Counted from the first letter of the stretch, positions 25,634-39,636 are shown. The stretch: 64,000 nt of DNA from Octopus sinensis (GCF_006345805.1 NC_043001.1:34472001-34536000), one strand, 5' to 3'. Translations and numbers: made by a program. Notes: generated by a model from the sequence alone, not told the origin.

Positions 25634-26494
25634 ATGTATATATTGTATGTATACATACATACATATATATATATAACACAAATGATTCACATATTCATAT
25701 ATAAATTCTATTGTTGAAGAATGCGTTGTAGTAAAATAACCATACAAGCAAAGAGATGAGCTGCTATTTAGATATCTGTTTCTATACATACATACATACA
25801 TACATACATACATACATACATACATACATACATACATACATACATGCATACATACATACATACGTGTATATGTATTATATGTATATACACATATATACCC
25901 ATGCGTATATACATACTTATATATTTATGGGTATAATCACATACATGTATATGTGTGTGTGTGCTTGCGTGCAAAAAAAAATCCGACTCCATTGGTTACT
26001 TAGTACACTTGCAATATATTATTGAATTTGGTTCATGTCTAGGATTTTCTTCTAATAAAAATGTCTTAATGAGAGAACACTCAGTAAATGGTAGCATTTG
26101 TAGTTATGAAGTTCAACATTTAATTAATGATCCTTCATATTTATATTATAATCTCGGTTATAAAATTACCTAAGATTTATTACAAAGATTAATAACACTA
26201 GCACTCATCTCATAAATAGGAAAATTATAATTAGTAACACTGATTTCTATCATCGACACAACACTACAAGTTCCATATATTTTTTATGAAATAACAGTCT
26301 AATAGTCGATTAAATGGATCCCGTTTCTTCACTGGTAATATAATTAACGACTCCACAATAGCAAATGGCTAAGTTGATATCAACAAGATCTAAACTCGGA
26401 AACAAATGCCCGAACACAAGAATGAATTTACAAGATGCTTTCCAGAAGTTCTGATACATTTTCGGGGAAGACACTTATTAAATTTTTAAAATCA

Positions 26495-26745
26495 TAGGTA
26501 CAAACTGTTTGAAAATCACTGGTACGTCCGAGCAGTTAACGATGTGACTTCTGGAGCGCTTGACTTTATTCCCTGTCTTTCGTTTTTTATTGTTCTTATT
26601 GCAGACATTGCAAACTTTAATGTTTTGGCAATGTGGTTGATGTTTTCCGTCCGCCTCAAAGTTTTTTAAAACAACAAGTTTAATATCCAGAATAATCCGT
26701 CTCTTGAATTCTTTTTGCGTTGCTACCTTCAGTAGCACTGGCTAG
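26495..26745 (-). pseudogene. Tigger/CENP-B-like HTH fragment
   Basis: KEFKRRIILDIKLVVLKNFEADGK resembles the N-terminal HTH of Tigger transposases. Confidence 0.5.
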
Positions 26746-27149
26746 TTTCTTTCTAGACAACTTAAATTGTGGGTAAGTCCAACAGAGTTGGTGATGAACA
26801 ATTATCTAAACGATGAAGTTGAAGTAAAAAAGAAGAAAATAGCACCAGGAAAGAATTATTTGGGAGAACAAAGAAATATCGTATTTCTACGGACGTAGAA
26901 ATTGGGCCAGCTAATTCGAAGACGACGCATCCAATCTATCAGCGGAATTGTAAAAACCAGTAGAACTTTCCAGAAGTTTATCATTTAAATATATATGAGC
27001 ATGTCTAGATATGCAACTATTTGCATGAGAATACATACATAAAACATACAAATATGCACATACATACATACATACATACATACATACATGCAGACATACA
27101 TCCATGCATACATACAAACAAACAAAAATACCCTGTTGTTGATGGTGAT

Positions 27150-27232
27150 ATTCCGATGAAGGAGCCTTGGATCTAGGTTAGAAACCGGTTCTTTCTCTAT
27201 TGGCATGAAATCTTGAAATAAACTGAATAATG
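27150..27232 (+). repeat. Short unclassified interspersed repeat (second copy about 54978-55066)
   Basis: GGAG(C/T)CTTGGATCTAGGT(T/C)AGAAACCGG.TCTTTCTCTATTGG at both loci. Confidence 0.8.
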
Positions 27233-27651
27233 ACATACAAACATATATACATACATACAAAAGTGTTTTTCGAATGACGCCAAATATTTTGCTTTTTAAA
27301 TTAATTTTGTTTTTAATCTATATCCACCTGCTCAAGGAGGAATGACTTCTAGCCGCCTTTGATAGACACTCTCAACTCCGCACGCTTCAGTTGCAGTTGA
27401 AACCGGAGTTTTAACAGTACTTTAAACTGAGCACTCATAGTACATACCTATTACTTTACATCAGCTAAAGAAAAGCTCCTTGTATACATACATACACACA
27501 CATACATACATACATACATACATACATACATACATACATACATACATACATACATACATACACACACATACATACACACATACATACATACATACATATA
27601 TACATACTTACATACATACATACTTATATACATTCATACATAAATACATAC

Positions 27652-27682
<31 letters not shown>

Positions 27683-28131
27683 ATATATGCATACATTCAT
27701 AGATACATACATTTATAGATACATATACCTGTGAATTTGTGCATTTTGTTTAAGTGTGGAGGAATGGGTTTCCTGCATATAGAGCTATAAAAAGGATCCA
27801 AGATAATTGTTGAAAGCAAGATAAATAGAGCCGCTGAGATCAAGGAAGGATTACGTTTAGAGGAAAATATCTTTGAAATTCAAACAAGAAAAGATTTAGC
27901 CATAGGTGAAATACCGCATAACACACATATAATAACGTACTTATGACAGCCATCTTACTGTGCACTTGTAGATATTTCTTCATACCTAATAATTAATATT
28001 GCAGTAGGTTCTTTGAGAAAGCTTTGTGTGATCCTCGATTTCAACGGAACATGAAACTGAAGAAATTGATACGTGAACACATACATACATATATGCGGGA
28101 TGTACACACATGCACACACATACACATGAAG

Positions 28132-28177
<46 letters not shown>

Positions 28178-28243
28178 TGTGTATGTATATGTATATGTAT
28201 ATATATATATAAGTATATATATGTACATGTATATATATATACT

Positions 28244-28288
<45 letters not shown>

Positions 28289-29400
28289 AGTATAATATAT
28301 ATATATTGTGTGTGTGTGTGTTTGTGTGTGGTGTGTGTAACTGGTGAAGTTGATCCGTACATAGAAGCATCCATCCCTCCATCTATACATACATAAATAC
28401 ATACTCATATGCGCACATATATGCATACACACGTACACACGCACATACACACACTCATACGCACACACTCACACGCACACACTCACACACACACACACAC
28501 ACATATAGTGAGAGACAGATAGCTATTAGGTGCATGCTGTGAGTAAATACATAAGCTAACAGTATGCATTAATAAAGTAAATTGTCAACAAAACTTCTTA
28601 TCACTACGAGGCAACGCGTCGCAGATTTCTTATGTTTACTTAAAGTATTAGGCAAATTATTTAAATCTCTATATCTATTTCTTACCCAAACATTTTCACC
28701 AATTATAGAAAATAACAACACTGGTAACGGCCACACAATCACTCTTAATGTACCGCTTGGTGTAAAATCTTATAATGATTTTCGACAATTTTATCAAAAG
28801 TTGATAAGAAAAGAGTTTCAGAAGTGTTGTCCTCTGTTTTGTACATTATATAACCTATTGGAAGTTCAGTTCCCTTTAAATTCGTGTGAAAAAAAAGAAA
28901 AAAAGATCCCAGACGATATGCCCCTTCTGCATGTCATATAAATGTATTTTACACAATTTCTTTGTTTAAATACTTGTAGCTCGTTCTAATTTTGGCGGGT
29001 TCTTCTCATAAAACAGCAGGTTTTATTTTCATATTACATGAGGTCGTAAAGACATTATTCATGCTTTCGGCAGAACTGTTTCCAGAACTGCCAGACGAAC
29101 TGATGCCGAATGAGGAACGATTCTCACAAAAAAAACAAAACAACATACACACAAACACAAACACAAGCTCTCGTTCATATTTTCTCCAGACTTATTCAAA
29201 ATTCTTATTCTGAAAATTTCTTTCTGTCATTTTCCTATAGTGCTTTCTATGATAATCTCCAAGAGAATAATAAGCTGTGACTTACTTTGCGATTCCAAAC
29301 TGAACATTATCAACATTGAACTTACTGAATTTTATCTCGCCAAGCCATGTTATAGCTTGCTAGCATTTCTTTACACATACACACACACACACACACATAT

Positions 29401-29448
<48 letters not shown>

Positions 29449-29650
29449 TATATATATAATCAAAATAGGCAACAAGAATATTTTCGAAGATATTCTTGTT
29501 GCTTATTTTGATTATAATCACCCCATGGATTTATATAGATAACACCATACAAAATTCTGGTGCATCTGACATAAGTACCATATTCACTTGAATCTAAATT
29601 TTGCTGAACGTGTATATTTATATATAATTTTGCTTGTTATACGTTACTAG

Positions 29651-29905
29651 CGTGGAGGCGCGTCGCTTACTGGTTAGTGTGTCAGCACCATGATCGTAAG
29701 ATTGTGGTTTCGATTCCTGGACCGTGCGACGCGTTGTGTTCTTGAGCAAAACAACTCATTTCACGTTGCTCCAGTCCATTTAGCTGGCAAAAATGAGTAA
29801 TGCTGCGATAGACTGGCGTCCCATCCAGTTAGGGAAGACATGCGCCTTTGAAACCGGGAAACCGGACCCAGGAACCTGGCTAGGCTTTAAAAGGGCGCAT
29901 TCCTT
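29651..29905 (+). mobile_element. SINE with C/D-type head and core but E-type tail
   Basis: GTGGAGGCGCG head, TTGTGTTCTTGAGCAA core, then GCTGCGATAGACTGGCGTCCCATCCAG. Confidence 0.82.
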
Positions 29906-29928
29906 ATTTTATTTATTATACATTACCA

Positions 29929-30220
29929 ACAGTCCGTCGGTTACGACGACATGCGTTCCAGTTGGCCCAATCAACGGAACAGCCTACACTTAAAATTAAC
30001 GTGCAAGTGGTTAAGCACTCCAGAAATACGCGTTCTCAGGGAGATTCAGCGTGACACAGAATGTGACAAGTCCTTTGAATTACAGGTACTACTCATTTTT
30101 GCAAGCTGAGTGGACTGGAGCAACGTGAAACAAAGTACCTTGCTCAAGGACACAATACTCCACCAGGTATCGATTTACGACCTTACAATCGCAAGCCGAA
30201 TATCCTAAACGCTAAGCCAT
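29929..30220 (-). mobile_element. SINE family C, tail-to-tail with the previous SINE
   Basis: GTCCGTCGGTTACGACGA tail and shared core. Confidence 0.88.
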
Positions 30221-30365
30221 TAAAACATTGCTATGTTGTAGCTGTCCATTCTTGTTTCCTTACTATATTATAAGCCGGTAATACGCTACAGTGTCACATT
30301 GCTACGTAAATGTGTTAAAGAGCATTATACAGTAGTTTGACTTTGCAAGGGCCGCTATATTGACC

Positions 30366-30776
30366 TACTCTCTTTACTCTTTTACTTGTTTCAGCCATTT
30401 GACTGCGGCCATGCTGGAGCACCGCCTTTAGTCGAGCAAATCGACCCCAGGACTTATTCTTTGTAAGCCAAGTACTTATTCTATCGGTCTCTTTTGCCGA
30501 ACCGCTAAGTTACGGAGACGTAAACACACCCGCATCAGTTGTCAAGCGATGTAGGGGGGACAAACGCAGACACACAAACACACACACCAATATATATACA
30601 TATACATATATACGACGTGCTTCTTTCAGTTTCCGTCTACCAAATCCTCTCACAAGGCTTTTGTCGGCCCAAGGCTATAGTAGAAGACAGTTGCCTAAAG
30701 TGCCACGCAGTGGGACTGAACCCGGAATCATGTTGTTTGTAAGCAAGCTACTTACCACACAGTCACTCCTGCGCCT
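30366..30776 (-). mobile_element. SINE family A, full length
   Basis: Head AGGCGCAGGAGTGACTGTGTGG to (GTAAAAGA)n tail. Confidence 0.92.
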
Positions 30777-31083
30777 ATACAATTATTAGAAATATGTATT
30801 CATTCAGTATTCAAAGTGTCTTCTATACGTGGAAGTGCTAGTTAACTGTCGGGATCTTTAGTGATCCCAACCACTTTATGCGTCTCTCTCTCTTTCACTT
30901 TCTCTCTCTCTCTCTCGCTCTCTCTCCCTTTCTCTCTGATCTATCTGTCTGTCATGATGTCTGTCTCTCTTACACTATACACCCACGTGGAGCATTTTCC
31001 TACCAGCTAATCACTTAATTTGTGCCTTCAATCTGAACACAACATTCAAAATACTGCCTGGTTTTACCTGGGATAATATTTAA

Positions 31084-31341
31084 GGACCTATACCTTCACG
31101 GTTTCTGTGGCGTACGGGACGTCAGTCCATCACAGCGTTACTCAAGAAACAGGAAGAGAGAGTGAAAGAAAGTTGTGGTGAAGGAGTACAACAGGGGTCA
31201 CCACCACCCCCTGCCGGAGCCTCGTGGAGCTTTTAGGTGTTTTCGCTCAATAAACACACACAACGCTCGGTCTGGGAATCGAAACCGCGGTCCTCCGACC
31301 GGGAGTCTGCTGCCCTGACCACTGGGCCATTGCGCCTCCAC
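31084..31341 (-). mobile_element. SINE family E
   Basis: tRNA-like head GTGGAGGCGCAATGGCCCAGTGG...GGTTTCGATTCCC; tail GCTGTGATGGACTGACGTCCCG shared with the 29651 copy. Confidence 0.82.
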
Positions 31342-31480
31342 ATACACACTCAAATACGAGATATAAATTGTACTGAAGCAGTTACAGTAGTCTAATATTT
31401 TTGTGTGCGTACTCTACATCATGATGCATTCATTAACATATCAACGAAGCTCAATACACACACATACACACACACACACA

Positions 31481-31526
<46 letters not shown>

Positions 31527-32146
31527 CTATAATTACATACACACTTACACACACACATATATATATATATCCCTGTAATTATGAGTGTGCTCTCGTATTT
31601 GTATGTGTCAATACTGCGTTGATGATAAATGTGAACGTGGTAGGTGAGAATTGATAGTGTGTCTGAGAATGTTTATCTAAGTGAATATAATTTGCTTTGG
31701 AAACGGTGTTAGAATGGCAAGGAAAAAATATATTATATGTAATAAACATCATGTTTGAAAGATTAACAGAACAAAGTAGCAAAAATTAAAATGTATTTTC
31801 GTTGGCAATATTAATCTCCATAGGGGGGGGGATTATATCTCTATTCACTCAGATTCACTCACACATAACGAAGCCACATAAGAACTGCCGCACATGCATA
31901 CTCTCACAGACTCTCTTTCACTTCCACAAGCAGCACAATACACGCGCGCACACACAGAAACACACACAGAAACACACATACACCTATCTACTTATCTACA
32001 GACATATATACATATATATATATATAATATATATATATATATAATATATATATATATTATATATATATATGTATATATATATGTATATTATAAATTATAT
32101 ATATATATATATATGTACATTATAATTATATATATATATGTACACT

Positions 32147-32209
<63 letters not shown>

Positions 32210-32234
32210 ATATATTATATATATATATATTATA

Positions 32235-32267
<33 letters not shown>

Positions 32268-34735
32268 ACACATATACATGAATACACGTATGATTAATGC
32301 ATATATACATTATACATATAGCGGTCTCTGTGTGTGGCCTAATTCTCTTAAAACTTTGCCGTGTCTCTCTCAATACATACATCGAAAACAAAACCATATT
32401 TTTGATAGATAAATTGTGCTAGGTTGCTATAAGGCATGTATCAAAGCTTGACGTACTTGTGGATATAATTATCGTTGATTTAATAATTTAGTGTTTCTAA
32501 TTATTTCAGAGTTCATAGTATGAGACATTTTCAGATATGTAGTCACGAATATACAATATAGCCTTAGAAAAATAGGTGATAAAAGCCTATTTTCTGGTTT
32601 GCTTCTAGATTGACGTGATTTTCACCCTTTTCAATTAGGAATGTTATGTGAATCGCATTTTTAGACTTGGAGATTTATACACAGTTTTCGTCTGGAATTC
32701 TATCAAAAGACTTCTGCCGGAATTAGTTCAACTCGCTGTGTTTTATAAAATATTAAATTATTCAGTAGGTCATGACAGATCGAATCTGTTCCTAGATATC
32801 GTTATTTCAGTTGTTCAGTACACGTGCATACACATTCGCACGCATGCACACGCATACAAACACAGACACACAGACAGACACATAGAGACGCAGATACACA
32901 GATACACACTCATACAAACACACACAGAGATTCGGTTGATGCGGCCACAAGTTGCTGACATTATAAGAATTTTATGAACTTTCGAAAGAGCGTGAAATAA
33001 AAGTCATTTATCGAACAGTGTATCTGGAAGTACATAAAGCCTATTATTCATAGCTGTATGTGCTTCAAGATCCACAGTCCTAAAAGATAATTATGTATGC
33101 ATATGCTTGTGTATTTGTTTGTGTGTGTGTGTGGAACACTATATTGGGAATCGAAAGGATTGGGATATTGTTTAATGTATGAATAGTAACCTTTTGAGAC
33201 ATTGAACCTTAAATTCAATACGACTAAATTTTACTTAGAAACTAGCTGTTGCTGTTCTGTTATTTTTGTTAAGTCCAGAAGAGCCCAGATCAAGCTGTTC
33301 TCTTAACAGAAGCATTATGTTTGTGACACATCTTTTTCCAGCATACCATAGCTTTGATTATATCATCCTATATGCTTTCATGTCAGGCGGTTGCTTAAAA
33401 GAGGCTTGACTGCTATATCTAGCCGGAAAAGCGACCATGTAGAGGTCGTCCGTTTGTCTTCTGCATACTGAGAGCATTTCCTCTGTCTACAGCGTGCTAT
33501 GAGTTTCCAAACACCTTTACACATCAATTTACTTTCGATCTGGTCTTCTTTACTTTTTCCTATTCTTTTCGTCTGTTACTGATACACTTTTGTGCTTTTT
33601 AGTAGTGTACGTCCATAGAAGATGTTTTCACAAGATGAATACTGCAGTATTGTTGCTTTCTTACAGTATATTCACGTTACGTGAGGTATACAAACTGCTA
33701 TATATATGTAAATATATATATATTAAAATAAGCAAGAGGATGTCAAGTATTAATGAAGTGGCTCCATTTAGTTGAACAATGCAATCATTACATCAATTTA
33801 AATGCAGTGCTATCTTCAGCAGCGCAAAATATAGAATATTTTTAACAAGTAGGACACATTAATATAATTTTTCTTAAATATTTTAACAGATTAAGAAGAT
33901 GGAAGAAATTCATGTTGGTACTATTGTAGCAGAATGGTTAAGAATAGACTATAATTTCTTAGAATCGCATGGGGTACTGTGGGATCAAAGGGTTGTAAGT
34001 GTTGTAATTCATTTCTAATTTAATAATCTCTTTATTAAATCTGAAACTGGAAGACTGTGTCTATTTTGAATAAAGAACAAGAGTGAGTTAACAGCTCATG
34101 GCTAGGTATGGTCATAAATATTATCATAGGTATCCCTTTTCTCCAAGAGAAAGGAAATAAGACATTAGGAAAAGTAAACTTGATAGAAGTAACTGTCTAT
34201 AAAAAAGAGGCAGGGTAGAGGTACACTTTAAATCATGATGCTAATTACCAGTTAAAGGGGCAAGACACTAAGAAACTTAAGATGCAAATACAGGGAAAAT
34301 TTATTAGGGGCACGATGGCGAAACGTTTATAAACAATATTATTATGTTGTATAAAATAAAATTTAAGAATTTCAAAATGTAATCATAACCGAAATAGGTA
34401 AAAGGTGTGTATGTATCAATTATAAATATTAAAAAGGAAGATTATGTAGAATCAGTTTTATAGCCATAGGTGATTTCTATAAAGACTGCTCAAGGCACTT
34501 ACATATGGAATATCTAGAAAGATATATATACTATCTATTAATTATAAGCCATGAATCAGAAGCGGAATATTGAGATAATGGTAATACATAGACATAGTTA
34601 AACGAAAATTATAACATGTAAAGTATAAAAAATATAAATACTCGAAAAATATGTGCTGATATAAGTATGTGTAAAACGTAGAATAACGCATACAAATACA
34701 TATACAAAGAGGCTTTTTTTAGTTCTATAATTAAG

Positions 34736-34775
<40 letters not shown>

Positions 34776-34779
34776 TGTA

Positions 34780-35005
34780 TATATATACATATAACGGGAA
34801 GCTTTATGAAAATAAACAAAAGACGAAAGCAGGTGGAATACAAACAAACAATTCTATTAGTATGGCGCTCAGGAATATAAATAAAACAAGTCTTTTACGT
34901 TTCGAGCCTACGCTCTTCAACAGAAAGATACACAGAAAAGAAACACGAAGAGAAACAAAGAAGAAAAAAAATGCGTGCAGAAGCTAGCGAATCAACATGG
35001 CGATT
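34780..35005 (-). mobile_element. Penelope pLTR-like module flanked by (AT)n
   Basis: Contains the hammerhead-like motif at 34891-34928. Confidence 0.6.
34891..34928 (-). ncRNA. Minimal type I hammerhead-like motif with CUGUUGA core
   Basis: UCUUU-CUGUUGA-A-GAGC-GUAG-GCUC-GAAAC-GUA-AAAGA: 5-bp stem I, 4-bp stem II, ACGU palindrome. Confidence 0.65.
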
Positions 35006-35341
35006 ATATATATATATATATATATATATGCAGGCACACACACACACACGTATATATGTACATATATGCATATATACATATACACAAATATTTATACACT
35101 TATATGGATATAGTATATGTATCTTGCATAGACTTAAGTAACTGAAAAATATCAATTTAAGAACAAGAGAAATAACAATTTATAAGGGATTAGAGGTTAA
35201 TAAGTAAGGATATCAAAATAAGACAACAAAATAATAAGAAATATATATAATCTACATACAAAGAGACAGGAGAGTAAAATTAGAGGCAGGGAAAAGCTAA
35301 AGGTAACCCGACAAGAAAAGAGGGGGTAATAGGTATTTCTG

Positions 35342-35397
<56 letters not shown>

Positions 35398-35454
35398 CAC
35401 AGACACATACATATATGCATAAATATCAAATACATACATATATATGTATATATG

Positions 35455-35470
35455 CATCTATCTATCTATC

Positions 35471-35536
<66 letters not shown>

Positions 35537-35540
35537 ATCT

Positions 35541-35602
<62 letters not shown>

Positions 35603-35626
35603 CATCTATCTATCCATCTATCTATC

Positions 35627-35669
<43 letters not shown>

Positions 35670-35680
35670 CATCCATCTAT
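35455..35680. repeat. (ATCT)n array
   Basis: Direct inspection. Confidence 0.95.
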
Positions 35681-36043
35681 GTATACTTATTCAATATAAG
35701 TTACATTCAAATTCTTTTATTCCAGGATCTACCACCTACTCCATGAAACTGCATCTAATTTAAAATATTAAAATAATAACTAAAATATAAAATATACAAC
35801 GAAAAGGAAAATGAAGAAAGGAGTTGTTTCTAACAGATATAAGTTAATACGCTTGCAAATCAGAATTCGTTTGATCTGTTTTAATCCACTCAAAATTCTC
35901 TGAAGAAACTTTACTTCCTTTGATATCCTCTGCGTAAAATACCTTTCTTTCGCTTCCCGCTAACACAATGATTTTTGCTGTTCTATTTGTTCAAATTTTA
36001 TATTAAATATGAATTATAAGAAATTAGAACAAAGATATCTATA

Positions 36044-37289
36044 TTAGGTTGTCTCACATGAAATGTCACATTTGAAAAAGGAAACATTAAAATTATTTTG
36101 TAAGTTTTAGAATATTTATTTATTTAATCAAAGCATGATTCATGTTCATTTATGACCTTCATTCAACGTTCCTCTAAAGCATATATTCCATCTTCAAAGA
36201 ATTTATCATCTTTTTACACTGATAAACTGTTCGAATGCTTCAATTACCTCTTCTTTATTTAAGAATGTTTTATTGCATATAGCCAGCTCGAAGTGTTTAA
36301 ATATGTGATAATCAATAGGCACCAGGAGAATAAGGAAGATGTGCCAAAATTTCATAATTCAGGCTTTGCAACTTGTGGACCGTAGCTTGAGATGTGTGAA
36401 GCCGTGCATTATCATGAAGCAAAATTGGGCCATCTCTTTTCAGTAATCTGGGTTGCTTTTTTAAAAAAAATTTTGATGCATACAATCAATTTTCTGACAA
36501 TAGGGTGTTGCTGTTACAAGTTTTCCTTGTTGCAAAAGAGAATAAATGAATAACCCTCTTTGTTGACACCATTCAGCGACCAACAACGTTTTAGGGAGCA
36601 ATGTTGGTTTCGGTTAGTGTTTTGATGACTCTCCTGCACCTAACCACTGTCCTATCCTCCTGCTGTTATCAAAGAGTATCCATTTCTCATCACACGTTAT
36701 GAGTCGATACAAAAATGGTTCTTTTCCAAACGGGAAATCAGCATGGAACAGACTGTAAGGCGTCTGTTTCTCCGAATGTCATTAAGTTTATGGGGAACAA
36801 ATCTATCCATCTTTTTGGCTTTTCCAATTTACTTCAAGAGTCGAGAAGCAGTTGCGGGAGATGTCCGGTGCTCTGATACGATTTTTGTTCTCGGATTCTG
36901 TGTAATCAAATCATTCAATTCAAGTTGTGTAACTGATTTTGGTTTCCACCTTGGTTCATTTTTAAGGCTTTCATTGAACGAAATCTTTGGAATAATCTCA
37001 GAACAGTTCTATTGTCAACAGAATCGTTACCAAAAGCCCGCTTGATGTTTCGTAGAGCTTCGGTGACAGAGTGACCCAACTTGTATTCGTACAAGAAAAT
37101 GACTCGGTATTGTTCAGTTGTCAACATTGTCATAAGAGCTGTGGGTAGCAATTTTGAGTAATAGTATTGTTTAGAACGAAAAATAGTTAAGAGTAAGCAC
37201 AAGCATATACATAGAAACTCAGTAAAAATCCATTTATAGATGACTCATAAGAAATCGATTTAAAATACATTTCATGTGAGACAACTTAA
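36044..37289 (-). mobile_element. Full-length mariner element (1246 bp)
   Basis: 23-bp TIRs TTA(G/A)GTTGTCTCACATGAAATGT (22/23 identical), TA at both ends, decayed transposase. Confidence 0.95.
36124..37133 (-). pseudogene. DD34D mariner transposase pseudogene
   Basis: IFLYEYKLG HTH, FVPHKL (WVPHEL-like), TCDEKW, HDNARLH and YSP motifs, with stops and frameshifts. Confidence 0.92.
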
Positions 37290-37306
37290 TATATATATAT
37301 ATATAT

Positions 37307-37364
<58 letters not shown>

Positions 37365-38039
37365 GAGAGAGGGGAAGAGAGGGAGAGAGAGAGAGGAGAA
37401 AGAGAGGGCATGACATGATGAAATGTAGAAATTAAAACAAAGTTGTTCAGCGGTGAAAATATTTACGAAGTCTTGGAGATTAGAAACTATTCTGTTTTTG
37501 GTATTGTCTGGTTTTGAAATAAGTGATAGCAGCAGTTGCTCCTTACAATTTCAGCTTCAGTAAATACTTATTCATCGATTTATTCCATTCGGAATGACAG
37601 CCAGAAAAGCACTACGGACCGCTGTGGGTACGAAGAAAAGAAATAAAGCAAAGATAAAACAATAGAGAAAATAATTAAGGAGGGAATATAAATGAAAAGC
37701 TTTACTGTGTTCGGTCAGTGGAGAGCAAGCTGTTAGTTACTGTGTTTGGACAGTTGATAGCAAGCTGTAGATATAGGGAGTTCTCTTAGTCTACATCAAA
37801 TAAGTGGACGAACAGATCTCAATAATACTGAAATAATTAAAACTTTTGCTCGAAACGTAACACATTTATGTTATATATTTAATTAAGAATAGAAGCAGGA
37901 TAATGGATATTATGGAGATAATTCTAAACAAAAAGTTGGCGAACATGCATTTATGTCATTCTCCATGTTAGCCATTTGTCATACAAATGAAAGTTTTAAG
38001 ATTATTTCATGACCTAAAAGGCAAAACTATAAGGTTAAG

Positions 38040-38525
38040 AAGCTCGATTTGGAACCATATGGTTTCGGGTTCAGTCTCATGGCGCTGTACCTTGGGAAAG
38101 TATCTTTTACTAAACCACCATGCCGACTGGTGACTTGTGAGTAAATTTGGGAAAGGAAAATTGTGTGGAAGCCGGTCATGTGTGTGCGTGTGTATATGTG
38201 TGTGTATGTTTGCGCGCGTGCGGTTGCGTACGTGCGCATGTTTATGGTTGCGTGTGTGTGTTTGTCTGTACGCACTCGCGTGCATGTTTGCACGTGTGCA
38301 TGTTTGTGCGCGCGCATATAATATGCTAATGTGTGTGCTTTCGTGTTTGTGTTTGTCTCCAGTGACGTATGACAACAGCTGCCGGTTTGTTTATTTCTTC
38401 CGTATCTTAGTGGGTCGGCCAACGAGATAGAATGAGCGTTAATGGGTAGTCTTTGTCGACTTAAAATTTCAAGGCGGTGCTCCAGGCTGACCGTAGTCCA
38501 ATGACTAAAGCAAGTAAAAAAAGAC
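38040..38525 (+). mobile_element. SINE family A, old and diverged
   Basis: GTACCTTGGGAAAGTATCTT core-like block; GGCGGTGCTCCAG tail. Confidence 0.7.
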
Positions 38526-38569
38526 ATAAGAGATAAAAATAGCGCTTCTAATGCCGAAAGTGAAAACTT

Positions 38570-39610
38570 CGTGGAAAATCTTTGTTAATTTGATCTTTCA
38601 AAAGCCATTAAAAATTCCATAACTTACAGATAACTGAATGCTGACAAAATAGCTGCAGCTGCTTTGACAACGTTAATGAAAAATGTTATTGCTGAAAGAT
38701 GATACACACCACAGCAATTCTTAAAACGTAAATGAAACAAATATGTTTTGGAAATGATTGCCAAAAAAGAATTTACATTTACAAAGAAGAAACAAATTCT
38801 ACATCAGGGTTCAAGCTACCAAAAATATTATGGCTATCCTAATTTATGGTGATGCTTCCTATCTAAAGTTCAATCCACTGGTTGTTTACCATTCTGAAAC
38901 ACTAATAAAGGCGGCGATCTGGCAGAAATGTTAGCACGCCGAGCGAAATGCTTAGCGGTATTTCGTCTGCCGCTACGTTCTGAGTTCAAATTCCGTCGAG
39001 GATGAATTTGCCTTTCATCCTTTTGGGGTCGATTAAATAAGTACCAGTTACGCACTGGGGTCGATATAATCGACTTAATCCGTTTGTCTGTCCTTGTTTG
39101 TCCTCTCTGTGTTTAGCTCCTTGTGGGTAGTAAAGAAATAAGTATTTCGTCTGCCGCTACGTTGTGAGTTCAAATTCCGCCGAGGTCGACTTTGCCTTTC
39201 ATCCTTTCAGGGTTGACAAATTAAGTACCCGTTACGCACTGGGGTCGATATAATCGACTTAATCGACTTAATCGCTTGGTCTGTCCTTCTTTGTCCCTTC
39301 TATGTTTAGTTCCTTGTGGGCAATAAAGAAATATGAAACACTTGTAACAATAAAAATTTACTCTGAATCTTATGTTCCTGTTATATGGTTATCAAATATA
39401 AAGGAATGGATATACAGCACAGTTGTTCTAAGTTTGGGTTGCTAGGTGTTACTACTCAGATAACAAAGAATGTTAAGACGAAGGCTAGGGACTTAGACAA
39501 TACAATCATACTTCTTGTGAACAATGCTCTAGGTTACTCACCTATCCTTGATAATCTGACAAACTTTTCTTCCTTCAAACACAACCAGACTGATTTAGTT
39601 GATGGCTAAA
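38570..39610 (+). pseudogene. Tigger transposase remnant interrupted by a family B SINE
   Basis: YTPQQ..NVNETNMFWK..PKRIYIYKEET..SGFK..PLVVYHSE before the SINE; VPVIWLSNIKEW and IILLVNNALG after it. Confidence 0.78.
38908..39333 (+). mobile_element. SINE family B, dimeric, inserted in Tigger
   Basis: Junction at 39140/39141; TSD-like TGAAACACT at 38895-38903 and 39334-39342. Confidence 0.92.
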
Positions 39611-39636
39611 TTCCGTTATTGCTACGTATATTGGTA

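Noticed and set aside
26883-26902. ATTTCTAC-GGAC-GTAGAAAT hairpin resembling a Cas12a repeat stem
   Set aside because: Single copy, no spacers, eukaryotic context.
27153-27190. CCGAUGA...GAAACCGGUU hammerhead-like motif
   Set aside because: The second copy near 54990 lacks both the core and the GU site, and no stem I is evident.
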